This document shows positions 49,117-60,279 of a stretch of 64,000 bases of DNA, one piece after another. Every line of letters starts with the position of its first letter. The first letter of the stretch is position 1. The stretch is from Dendrobates tinctorius. Lineage: Eukaryota. The position numbers and the translations under genes are program-made. The notes beneath the pieces were generated by a model. That model worked only from the letters and a program-made list of their open reading frames with translations. It ran no database searches and was not told the DNA's origin. The stretch is from NCBI RefSeq assembly GCF_039654945.1, contig NW_027361738.1:72044001-72108000 (forward strand), written 5' to 3'.

Positions 49117-52100
49117 ATGAGGAAGGCTGGTGGAAGAGGCCGTGGAATTGGGCGGGGGTTGGCAGCTGGTAATGATGGTGTTGGTGGTGGATCTGATGGT
49201 AGTGGCAAGAGCAAAATAGGACCGAATGCAGGAGGTGTTGAGCCTGCGTCATCGTCTGGCTACATAAGGCCTCGAACGCTTAGTTTTCTAGGAGTTGGCA
49301 AACCGCTTTTAAAGCCAGAGCATCAGGAAAAAGTTTTGTCTTACATTGCTGACTCAGCCTCCAGCTCTATCGCCTCCTCTTCTTCAGTTGTAAAAAGTAA
49401 AAGCACTGAGTCGTCATTGGAGGCTCATGTTCATGAACCACACCTTTCCTTGTGTCCTTCACCCCAACCAAGATTGAAGGATGACGCAGGCCATACTACT
49501 GATTACTCCATGGAGCTGTTTTCACATACCATGCCTGGATTATCAAGTCAAATGGTGAATTACCCAGGCCAAGATGAATCTGACATGGAGTGCACTGATG
49601 CACAGCCGCTGATGGATGATTCTGCTGGTACATTCACTCAGAGCACTACATTGTCCTCGCAGTGTACAGAGCCAGATTCTGACCCTGATGAGACTCAGGT
49701 GCCCCTTCCCGCACACTATACCACCATACACGGTGACACAGAGGAAGGTGCACATGACATAGAAGAGGAGGTGATGGATGACCCAGTTGTTGACCCAGAT
49801 TGGCATCCATTGGGGGAAGAGGGTGCTGCTTCCAATAGCTCAGATGAGGAGCATCCACAGCAGACATCGACATCGCAACAGCTGTTATCTGGCAGGCCCG
49901 GAGCACTCCAAAGACAGGTTCCAAACATCAAAAGAGTTGCTGGACAGCTTGTCCAGAGGGTCAAAAGATCACAGCGTGCTAGGCCGCAAAATGTCTGCCA
50001 AAGTAGGAAGAGTGCAGTGTGGCACTTTTTTGACCAAAATCCTCATGATCAGGCCAAGGTTATCTGTAAGAAGTGCACAAAGACCTTTAGCCGAGGGAAA
50101 AATCTGAAAAATTTGAATACCAGTTGCATGCTTAGACATTTAACCAGCATGCACTTGCAAGCGTGGACACAACACCAAACCTCAAGTGCCACATGTGCAA
50201 CTGATCACAACGAAGGTAGTCAGCAACGCTACATTGTTTCCCCCACTGTAAGCCCACCGGTTAGCACAGCAGCAAATGTTGAGGTGTCGTTGCAAGGCCA
50301 CAGCAGTCAGGGAATCCCACTGTTATATCAACGAAAGACTGATTCTAGGCCATCAGAAAGAACACCAACTCCATCACCATCATCAACCCTCTCTCAGTCC
50401 GCCCTGTCCACCGCTACTTCCACCATATGCAGCTCTCAAGTCCAGCTCACCCTCCCAGACACTATGAGTAGGTCAAGAAAGTACTCAGTCTCTCATCCGC
50501 GTACACTGGGTTTGAACGCCCACATTGCCAAACTAATCTCGTTTGAGATGATGCCCTTTCGGTTGGTGGAAAGCACAGCTTTCCGCGAACTCATGGCCTA
50601 TGCAGTACCACGCTATGACCTACCCAGTCGCCACTTCTTCTCTCGCAAAGCCATCCCAGCCCTCCACCATCATGTGAAAGACCGCATTGTCCATGCACTC
50701 AAGCAGTCAGTGAGCGGAAAGGTGCACCTCACAACTGATGCATGGTCCAGTCGGCATGGCCAGGGCCGTTACGTGTCCATCACTGCGCACTGGGTTAATG
50801 TGGTGGATGCAGGGTCCACAGGGGACAGCGGTGGTGGGACAGTGCTGCCTAGCCCACGGTATAGGAAACAGTTGGCTGTAGGCGTTCGACCCTCCTCCTC
50901 CTCCTCCTCCTCCTCCTCCTCCTCCTCCAGAAGCGAAAGCTCGTCCACAGAGCGCAGTCGTACGAGCACTCCATCTGCAGCTGCCACTGTTGCACACGAT
51001 GTGTCCCCCTATCGAGCAGCTAGTGGAAAGCGTCAGCAGGCTGTGTTGCAGATGATGTGTTTGGGCGACAGACACACCGCCGAGGTGCTGGCCGAGTACT
51101 TGAAGCGACAAACTGAGTCATGGCTGGGCAGTGTACATCTTGAGGCAGGCAAGGTAGTTAGTGATAACGGCCGTAATTTTGTGGCAGCCATAGCCCTTTC
51201 AAAACTCAGCCACATACCTTGCTTGGCTCACACCTTGAACCTGGTGGTGCAGTGCTTCCTCAAAAATTATCCGGAGTTAACAGCCCTGCTCCAGAAGGTG
51301 CGAAGACTGTGCGCGCACATCCGCCGGTCGCCTGTACACTCCGTTCGTATGCAGAAGCTGCAGCGATTGCTCCACCTTCCCAACCACCGCCTCATTATCG
51401 ACATTGCAACAAGGTGGAACTCCACCCTGCACATGGTGGAGCGGCTGTGCGAGCAGAGGCAGGCCATAATGCATTTGTGGGAGGATACACGGCCAGGCAC
51501 TTTGAGAGCAGACATGGAGTTGACAGGTGTGCAGTGGTCGAAGCTGAAAGACCTCTGTAAAGTCCTTCAGTGTTTTGAGGAATGCACACGGCTGGTAAGC
51601 GCAGACGACGCCATCCTAAGCATGAGCATCCCACTTATGCGTCTGCTCATGCAATCTTTGACGCACCTTAAGGAGCAGGCGTCTGCAGCCAATGTTGATG
51701 AGGAGGAAGAGGAGGAGGGAATCCTTGATGACATTCAGCCATTGTCTGCTCAGGGACCTCTCCTGGACGAGGTGGAGGAAGAAGAGGAGGAGGAGGATGA
51801 TTACTTAGGGGAGGAGCATGCATCTCGTGGGGCAAGTGAAAATGTTGGCGTGGCAAGGTCTGGTACAGGGTTTGTGCGTGACTGGAGGGATGTGGATTTG
51901 CCAGAAAGTGCTCCTCCAACTAGCACTCGCAGTGCATCATTGACACCGGGAACATTGGCCCACATGTCAGATTATGCCTTGCAGATCCTAAAAAGGGACC
52001 CACGCATTGCCAAAATGATGAACGATGACGACTACTGGTTGGCCAGCATCCTGGATCCACGCTATAAAGGCAAATTACAAAACATCATGCCACAGGAGAA

Positions 52101-52656
52101 CCTTGACCTAATATTGGCTAATAAACAAGCAACTCTGGTAAATCGGTTGCTTGAGGCATTCCCAGCACACAGCAGCGGTGATGGTTCTCACACGAGCCGT
52201 ACGGGCCGGGGGCAGCTTGGCAGAGGTGTTCGTGGTGCACACAGCAGTAGTGGCGTTGGAGACAGGGGTTTCATGACAATGTTGTGGACTCATTTTTCAA
52301 GTACCGCTCACACAACTGGTAATACTGCATCGATGGAAAGTGACAGGAGACAGCAGTTGTCAACTATGGTTACAAACTACTTTTCCTCCCATATCGATGT
52401 TCTCCCACACAGGTCATTCCCCTTTGACTATTGGGCCGCTAAACTGGACACCTGGTCTGAATTGGCACAATATGCCTTACAGGAGCTCGCTTGCCCAGCT
52501 GGAAGTGTGCTATCGGAAAGAGTCTTCAGTGCAGCTGGATCAACAGAAAAAAGGACCCGTCTGTCAACCCAAAATGTGGATGATCTAACCTTCATTAAAA
52601 TGAACCACGCATGGGTTTCCAAGAATTTTGTCCCACCTTCCCCTGATGACACATAG
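49117..52656 (+). CDS. hAT transposase (ZBED-like), 1179 aa from first ATG, uninterrupted
   Basis: BED finger (SAVWHFF..CKKC..LRHLTSMH); LTTDAW, VSDNGRN, CLAHTLNL (CxxH), TRWNS, LDPRYK, dimerisation domain with SERVFS. Confidence 0.93.
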   Translation: MRKAGGRGRGIGRGLAAGNDGVGGGSDGSGKSKIGPNAGGVEPASSSGYIRPRTLSFLGVGKPLLKPEHQEKVLSYIADSASSSIASSSSVVKSKSTESSLEAHVHEPHLSLCPSPQPRLKDDAGHTTDYSMELFSHTMPGLSSQMVNYPGQDESDMECTDAQPLMDDSAGTFTQSTTLSSQCTEPDSDPDETQVPLPAHYTTIHGDTEEGAHDIEEEVMDDPVVDPDWHPLGEEGAASNSSDEEHPQQTSTSQQLLSGRPGALQRQVPNIKRVAGQLVQRVKRSQRARPQNVCQSRKSAVWHFFDQNPHDQAKVICKKCTKTFSRGKNLKNLNTSCMLRHLTSMHLQAWTQHQTSSATCATDHNEGSQQRYIVSPTVSPPVSTAANVEVSLQGHSSQGIPLLYQRKTDSRPSERTPTPSPSSTLSQSALSTATSTICSSQVQLTLPDTMSRSRKYSVSHPRTLGLNAHIAKLISFEMMPFRLVESTAFRELMAYAVPRYDLPSRHFFSRKAIPALHHHVKDRIVHALKQSVSGKVHLTTDAWSSRHGQGRYVSITAHWVNVVDAGSTGDSGGGTVLPSPRYRKQLAVGVRPSSSSSSSSSSSSRSESSSTERSRTSTPSAAATVAHDVSPYRAASGKRQQAVLQMMCLGDRHTAEVLAEYLKRQTESWLGSVHLEAGKVVSDNGRNFVAAIALSKLSHIPCLAHTLNLVVQCFLKNYPELTALLQKVRRLCAHIRRSPVHSVRMQKLQRLLHLPNHRLIIDIATRWNSTLHMVERLCEQRQAIMHLWEDTRPGTLRADMELTGVQWSKLKDLCKVLQCFEECTRLVSADDAILSMSIPLMRLLMQSLTHLKEQASAANVDEEEEEEGILDDIQPLSAQGPLLDEVEEEEEEEDDYLGEEHASRGASENVGVARSGTGFVRDWRDVDLPESAPPTSTRSASLTPGTLAHMSDYALQILKRDPRIAKMMNDDDYWLASILDPRYKGKLQNIMPQENLDLILANKQATLVNRLLEAFPAHSSGDGSHTSRTGRGQLGRGVRGAHSSSGVGDRGFMTMLWTHFSSTAHTTGNTASMESDRRQQLSTMVTNYFSSHIDVLPHRSFPFDYWAAKLDTWSELAQYALQELACPAGSVLSERVFSAAGSTEKRTRLSTQNVDDLTFIKMNHAWVSKNFVPPSPDDT

Positions 52657-53078
52657 GGTGACAGAAAAATGGCTTGCTTTGGTCCACCTCTTCCTGGGAC
52701 TTGACCTATTTCACCTTTTGCATCAGCTGAATGTCCAACATCAACATATGCCACTTTCTAAAACTCCCTAACTGTGCTGCCTCCCCCCCCCCCATGGCCG
52801 GGGTCACCACCTAGCGCACGACGCCGTGCGAGTGCCGTTGCCCTGGACAGGTGGGTAGGCCGACTCTTGGGCGCGGGCACTGGCACAGGGTCCCTCATAG
52901 TGCAATCAAGTGTCTCTGACGGTGGTGGTGCACACCCGCCGTCAGACACACCGCCGTACTATGAGGGGCCCAGTGCCAGTACCGACACCCACGAGTGGGC
53001 CCCCCTTGCTTGGGCAGGGCCCCAGCATTTGCAATCTTTACCTCTCCCTGCTCCTCCGCTGTGTAGTCTGGGCCATCA

Positions 53079-53480
53079 AATCCATACTGTGCCTGACACC
53101 GTCTGAGCCTGCCTCCTGATGTATAGACATATATTTTGAATGTGTACGCTATCCATACATGTTATCTGGGGATACGGTACCCTTTCTAACCTTTGTGCAA
53201 TCACGTGCAATCCATACTGGGCCTAACACCGTCTGAGCCTGCCTCCTGATGTATAGACATATTTTGAATGTGTACGCTATCCATACATGTTATCCGGGGA
53301 TACGGTACCCTTTCTAACCTTTGTGCAATCACGTGCAATCCATACTGGGCCTAACACCGTCTGAGCCTGCCTCCTGATGTATAGACATATATTTTGAATG
53401 TGTACGCTATCCATACATGTTATCTGGGGATACGGTACCCTTTCTCACCTATGTGCAATCACGTGTAATCCATACTGGGC
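53079..53480. repeat. Three tandem ~130-bp repeats inside hAT 3' region
   Basis: aatccatactgggcctaacaccgtctgagcc... starts at 53079, 53209, 53337, partial at 53467. Confidence 0.92.
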
Positions 53481-53590
53481 GTGAGAACGGCTGGCGAGCT
53501 GTTAAGCAAGCTACAGCACCTGTGGTTTTGCACACGTAAGTTTTTCATTTTTTCAGGAATGACGGTTAGGCCTAATTCCAGAACTGCGGT

Positions 53591-54061
53591 TGACCTGCAC
53601 TTACTGGGAAATCATTGTTCGCGGGTAATAATTGTAGTCAGTGATCCCCATCACTAACGTTGTTCAGCGGGTTATCTGCACCTGTAAGCGACAAACGCTG
53701 GCCTTTTCAGTGTAGCGCACATGCAGCCACGGACATGTAGGGCATGACACACCAGTTATTGGCCAATCTCATGTGCCAGAGCCTCACGTGTCACTCTAGT
53801 AAGCCGGACTCGGACCGCGGGGCATGACGGAGTCTCGTTCGTTAACGGAATTAAGCTTGCAATGTGTGCATCTGTTCTGTAGCTGGCATGGTTGAGGTTT
53901 CCCAGGTGGAGTCTAATTTAACTGTAGGCTCCACTCCTGGTGGTACCCTTCTGGACATTCCTTTAAGGTTCAGCTTTGCAACCATACTGCCCACGTAAAA
54001 CAAACACTTTGCCTTCATGAACGCTGTTTGGAGGGTCATGACTCGTGGGAATAACGCCGCC
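53591..54061 (-). pseudogene. Diverged 18S rRNA fragment (3' major domain) embedded in the hAT element
   Basis: Minus strand has colinear 18S blocks GGCGGCGTTATTCCC, AGTATGGTTGCAAAGCTGAA-CTTAAAGGAAT, ACCACCAGGAGTGGAGCCT, GGGAAACCTCA, TTAATTCCG-TAACGAACGAGACTC, GCGCTACACTGA, GTGATGGGGATC, TTCCCAGTAAGTGC-GGTCA, with substitutions and deletions. Confidence 0.88.
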
Positions 54062-55838
54062 CAATCAGTTAACCTGCTAGAGAGATCGTTCGTTGCTCCC
54101 AAGCATGACATCACACTCCCTAGGAAGAAGGTAATGCCACTGTGGCGACCGTACTCCTGGGGGCGACACAAGTGCACTGATGCCCAGCCACTGCTCGATG
54201 AATCTGCTGGTACATTGACCCAGACCACTACATTCCCCTCGCACGCTACACGACCTGAATCTGACCCTGATGAAACTCAGGTTACCCTTCCCATATACAG
54301 TTCCATCTTACACGGTGACAAAGAGGAAGCTGCAGATGAAAGTGCAGGTTCGGCCCACCCGCCATCAGACACCACCGTACTATCAGGGGCCCTGTGCCAG
54401 TGCCGTCGCCAACGAGTGGGCCCCCCCTGCTTGCTCAGGATCACAGCACTTGCAAAGTTGAAATACTGTGCAGTGAGATGGAAGATGGGGACGACGAGGA
54501 ATCCAGACAAGTACAGGGATTCCCTAGCGAGGAGACTTATTTGATTGTTTTCAATGTTGGGACAGCAATTTTTGGGGAGCACTATACTCTGGAGAATGAT
54601 AGATGGCGCCCACCATACACTGGAACATTCCAAAGGTGGACATCAGACACTGGAGCAGCATTTACAGGGCCCATTATACACTAGAGCATTAGAAATGGGG
54701 CCCATTATGTTTGGAGCATTATTTGGGCCCATAAGACAGTGGAGCTTCATCCATGGGGACCAACATATACTGTAGCATTATGTGGAGCTCATCATATACT
54801 GTTTCAAACATTATATGGGACCAATGATTCTGTATGGTGAAATAGATGGGCCTCGTCATGAGATGTAAAAAGTGAGGTATTTTTCATAGTACTATACCGC
54901 TATTTCTCTGCCGTATCGGAGCATGATGAGTTGTGGTATGTGTTAAAGGGGCGCTCTTTCGCCCAGGGCACATGAAAACCTGCAGCCAGCCCTCCCCCCC
55001 ACAACTTTAGCCAAATAACCCCCATTTTTCAGTGCGTAACTTGTATTATGAAGTTAATTAAGGTTGACAAGCTTAAGTAAGAAGAATTGATGCTTTTGGC
55101 ATTCAAATGGGCACTGTTGGTGTGTTTCCTGTCCTCCTCTCACTGCCGACTTTTATTCCCCATTGAGTTTCGTGTTTCGGGACGAACCCGACTTTTCCCT
55201 ATAATCGGACGATCTTGCTCGACCCGACTTTTGGAAAAGTCGGGTTTCACGAAACGAAACGCGACCCTAAAAAACCCAAAAGTCGCTCAACTCTACTCCT
55301 GGGACGTGTATATATCCCCTCCACCTCTCCCGGGACGTGTATATATCCCCTCCACCTCTCCCGGGACGTGTATATATCCCCTCCACCTCTCCTGGGACGT
55401 GTACATATCTCCTCTTCCTCTCCTGGAACGTGTACATATCACCTCCACCTCTCCTGGGACGTGTATATCTCTCCTCCACCTCTCCTGGGACATGTACATC
55501 TCTCCTCCACCTCTCCTGGGACATGTACATATCTCCTCCACCTCTCCCGGGACGTGTAAATATCTCCTCCACCTCTCCTGGGACGTGTACATATCTCCTC
55601 CACCTCTCCCGGGACGTGTACATATCTCCTCTACCTCTCCTGGGACATGTATATATCCCTCCACCTCTCCCGTGACGTGTATATATCTCCTCCACCCCTC
55701 CTGGGACATGTACATATCTCCTCCACCCCTCCTGGGACATGTACATATCTCCTCCACCCCTCCTGGGACATGTACATATCTCCTCCACCCCTCCTGGGAC
55801 ATGTACATATCTCCTCCACCCCTCCTGGGACATGTACA

Positions 55839-58800
55839 TGTTGCGCGCCTGAGGCTCAGTCGCCACAGAGGTACTGCACCTCCTCCTGAGGTGTGGTGCC
55901 CCACCATCCAGGTAAGGTGGAGACACCTGACCACACTCCAACACCTGCACCCCACACCACAAAGTAGTGTAGCAAAGCACCTACGGCAGCTCCCTGCTTG
56001 GAGTATAGCAAAGCACCCCTTGGTGGCTCCCTGCTTGGAACACGAAACGTGCTGGGAGGTGGGTGGAGTTAGTTTACATTACAAAGAGCGGGAAGAGTTT
56101 AGAGTAAATAGTTCAGTTGGTTAGAGATTTGGAGGGAAGAAGATTCCCGGAGAGAGGGATAGATGGATGGAAGTGCTGCAGCAGATCCCAGTGACCTGGG
56201 TCTGCTGGCACGGGAAAGGAAGAGAGGGAGAGCAACATAGACTGAAAGCCTGACTCTCCATAGAGAGGAAGATTAGTACGGAACGTGAGGAGTAAAAGAG
56301 AACAGAGGACGTGGGTTAGAAGAGAACCCTTCCTAGAAGTTCTAAGCGCAAGGCCGGTGCCTGGTCCTCGAGATTATATGGATACTAATGGTCCTGCAGC
56401 AGACACTGGAGGAATAGAAGTAGTGACCACTTTATTCCCACACAAGACTTGGGGGCACAACAGCAACTGGATAGCGAGCTGGGACTTAGTAGCAAGGAGT
56501 CACCGAAGCAGGCTACAGCTGTCTGCCGTACAAGTAGAGTTCATAGGAACATCGGACAGGAGGAACTCCAGTGTAACTCAGTACTAGGAGTACTTCATTT
56601 AAAGGCGCTATAAGAGGAGACGCTCAGAAAGGCATATGTTGGTGGAGTGCTGGAAAGGAGTATTCCATCTGGCCTGGAGGTTGACCGAGTCCCTGACCCG
56701 GAGGACACAGCATGGAGGCAGGCACCTGTTTGTACAACAGACTGTGAGTAAAGCTTTGGAACTACATGCCCTGGTGTCCTCCACTCATTCCTGCGAGAAC
56801 CTGCCCAGCACTGCCACATCCCTTGTGCCAGACACTACACCATCTACGTGTCACTTCTCCTACTCTGCTCCGGGACTACAGCCCTGCCTGTGGAGGGCTA
56901 TAATATCATTGCTGCACCACACCATCAGTCCCAGAGGATCTGTTTGCAGCGTCGGCTTACATCTCTATTGCCGAACACCACAGGTGGCGTCACAAACTAT
57001 TCATTTAATCAACTACATTCCACCATTCAATTCCCCTTTTTACATTTGGCGCCCAGGGCCAGGACCGGGTCACCGCTGCTGTGACACCTTCCCCTCTGAG
57101 TTGCCGGCCCGGTACCAAGTATTCCACAGCCCTGGGAGGGTGACCCAACTTGGCGTCACGCACAGGATGAGACCTGATGCCATCGGGTTCTGTGTGCCTA
57201 AGACTTAAATCTTTGAAATGTGCAGAAGACCCAATTTAATAGACTGTGAAATGAATGCTAGAAATGGCCGCTGGTGCGGTGAAGAAGGGCGTGACAATAT
57301 GGGTGGTCCTAAGAAAAGAGCGCGGACTGTCCTGGGCCTCCCCTGTCTGAACTTCTATGCGACAGCAACATGGCCTACCCCCCCCGAGGGGTTCGTATAC
57401 TGGCTTGGTATGGAGGAGTAGGAAGACGACGACGCCCTCAGAAGGAGGGGCGAGAGCCAGTGGCGGGAAGAGAGCAGAGGCAGGAAGAAGAACGCCAGAA
57501 TGCCATATTGGAAGGAGAAGGGAGGAGGCATGCGGAGCGCGAGGAGGTCGAGCTGAATCTCCTCGGCGCAATGGCTGAAGGCTCCGACCCCACTTCCGAG
57601 ATGACCCACCGACAGCTGGAGGAGGAGATTACCCGGCTAACACACCATCTGAGGCAGGAGGCATTATGGAGGATGAACTGGCAGCATGCCCCGGAGGGGC
57701 CTACACCTGCGGTACCCCAGTCACAGGTACCCGCAGTCGCTATACCGGGTCCTCTCCAGGCAGACCCTGTGGAGCCTGCGGCTGCTGCCGTACCATCGGC
57801 AGCATCTATAGTCCCCTCTCTGCCGTCACCACCGGAGGAGTTGTCTGAGACCCTGGGAGCTGAAGCAGGGGGAAGAGGAGCTCCCGCCTGGACCTGACGC
57901 GGCCGCGCAGGTCCCAATGGAGGCCCCCGTGGACCTGGAGCCGCTATCCGTTCCACTGCCGCCTCTGATATCTATTTGGGCAGTCACAACCACCACCGCT
58001 GCCACCAAACCCACACCAGAGCCGAGACGCCACCAGCAACTGTTGAAGTCACCACCCCTGCTGTACCTCAGGCAGCATCTTCAACCACTGCAATCGTATC
58101 TGGAGGACACCCAGAGCATCTCCCCTGGAAGAAGCCCAAGAAACCAGCTTTCAGAAACCCAGGAGGGGATCACTAGCCATACCCTTGATTTAAACTAACT
58201 TTTGTTGCCCAGGAGGGTATTAGCAAGTTTTCAGCTTTTCTATTTTTTTTCTATTTTTGATTATGATGTTTATTTGTTGATCCTGTTGTTGCCTAGTTTC
58301 ATTGGCAGCGTTCTTCTATTACTTGAACTGTGGAGATCATGGACGCTGAGTGATCCAGAACTGTAATTGTAAATAGTTTGCACCTCTTTAGGTGCTTTCT
58401 CTTGGTTTTACAAAGGAACCTTTCCCTTGGAACAAGGACTACCTCGTTATAAGGACATATCCAGACTTGATGGCCGGGCCAATGTCTACTATTTGCACTT
58501 ATGAATAATGCTTAGTATTTTTGAACAAGAAAAGTGATAATGTGTAGTAACAGTATTAATGACAGATTTTATAGGGTTCGATTGAGAAAGATATAGAGAA
58601 TGTTTTACAATACGTGAATAAAGATGTGAGAATTGAATAAAAGTATGTAGTTGACGAACCAGGTGCTGACGGTTGTCACTCATTAAGAAAGTAGAAAGTA
58701 TGACAGATAACAAAGGAAAGAAATGTGATGTTAGAAAATGTGTTACCCAAGCTGATAGTGAATTTGCTTCTATAGCATGTAAAAATTAGGTAGCATAACT

Positions 58801-60279
58801 TTAAATATAGAAAGACAGTTAAATTGTTTGTAACGTTCAAGAAACAGTGCCTCCCACATTGGGAAGTTTAGCATAAAACATGTTTATTATGCAATATAAA
58901 AATTTGTATGTTCCTGTATTGTCAACATTGATTCCTTTCAGCCCGTGGATGTGCTGTGTTTAACGGGGGGTATGTGGCGCCCCTGAGGCTCAGTCGCCAC
59001 AGAGGTACTGCACCTCCTCCTGAGGTGTGGTGCCCCACCATCCAGGTAAGGTGGAGACACCTGACCACACTCCAACACCTGCACCTCACACCACAAAGTA
59101 GTGTAGCAAAGCACCTTCGGCGGCTCCCTGCTTGGAGTATAGCAAAGCACCCATTGGTGGCTCCCTGCTTGGAACACGAAACGTGCTGGGAGGTGGGTGG
59201 AGTTAGTTTACATTACAAAGAGCGGGAAGAGTTTAGAGTAAAGAGGTCAGTTGGTTAGAGAGTTGGAGGGAAGATCCCCGAAGAGAGGGATAGATGGATG
59301 GAAGTGCTGCAGCAGATCCCAGTGACCTGGGTCTGCTGGCACGGGAAAGGAAGAGAGGGAGAGCAACATAGACTGAAAGCCTGACTCTCCATAGAGAGGA
59401 AGATTAGTACGGAACGTAAGGAGTAAAAGAGAACAGAGGACGTGGGTTAGAAGAGAACCCTTCCTAGAAGTTGTAAGCGCAAGGCCGGGTGCCCGGTCCC
59501 CGAGGTTATATGGATACTAATGGTCCCGCAGCAGACACCGGAGGAATAGAACTAGTGACCACTTTATTCCCACACAAGACTTGGGGGCACAACAGCAACT
59601 GGATAGTGAGCCGGGACTTAGTAGCAAGGAGTCCCCGAAGCAGGCTACAGCTGTCTGCCGTACAAGTAGAGTTCATAGGAACATCGGACAGGAGGAACTC
59701 CAGTGTAACTCAGTACTAGGAGTACTTCATTTAAAGGCGCTATAAGAGGAGACGTTCAGAAAGGCACATGTTGGCGGAGTGCTGGAAAGAAGTATTCCAT
59801 CTGGCCTGGAGGTTGACTGAGTCCCTGACCCGGAGGACACGGCACGGAGGCAGGCACCTGTTTGTACAACAGACTGTGAGTAAAGCTTTGGAACTACATG
59901 CCCTGGTGTCCTCCACTCATTCCTGCGAGAACCTGCCCAGCACTGCCACATCCCTTGCGCCAGACACTACACCATCTACGTGTCACTTCTCCTACTCTGC
60001 CCCGGGACTACAGCCCTGCCTGTGGAGGGCTATAACATCATTGCTGCACCATACCATCTGTCCCAGAGGATCTGTCTGCAGCGTCGGCTTACATCTCTAT
60101 TGCCGAACACCACAGGTGGTGTCACAAACTATTCATTTAATCAACTACATTCCACCATTCAATTCCCTTTTTACATTGGGCGCCCAGGGCCACGGACCGG
60201 GTCACCGTTGCTGTGACACCTTCCCCTCTGAGTTGCCGGCCCGGTACCAAGTATTCCACAGCCCTGGGAGGGTGACCCA
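55839..60279 (+). mobile_element. Non-autonomous Gypsy-like LTR retrotransposon (LTRs 55839-57147 and 58973-60279)
   Basis: Two ~1.3-kb direct repeats with TG..CA ends, 4-bp TSD TACA, PBS TGGCGTCACGCACAGGAT at 57151-57168 (complementary, 1 mismatch, to the 3' end of a tRNA-Ser(CGA) as I recall it), purine tract AACGGGGGG before 3' LTR; no pol in the 1.8-kb interior. Confidence 0.93.

Larger units (their letters stand above)
47992..55295 (+). mobile_element. Autonomous-type hAT (Ac-like, BED finger) DNA transposon, 7304 bp
   Basis: TIR TAGAGTTGAGCGA / TCGCTCAACTCTA, perfect 8-bp TSD CTCCTGGG, subterminal AAGTCG/CCGAC repeats, long transposase ORF. Confidence 0.96.

Noticed and set aside
48976-52656. 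Domesticated ZBED4/ZBED6 host gene
   Set aside because: Flanked by intact TIRs and a perfect 8-bp TSD, so it is a transposon copy; the TTG start at 48976 lies in a duplicated 5' repeat, so ATG 49117 is preferred
53591-54061. Functional 18S rRNA gene
   Set aside because: Partial, many substitutions and deletions, no ITS/5.8S/28S context; called a pseudogene fragment instead
55087-56124. 345-aa ORF
   Set aside because: Runs across hAT end, minisatellite and LTR start; chance chimera
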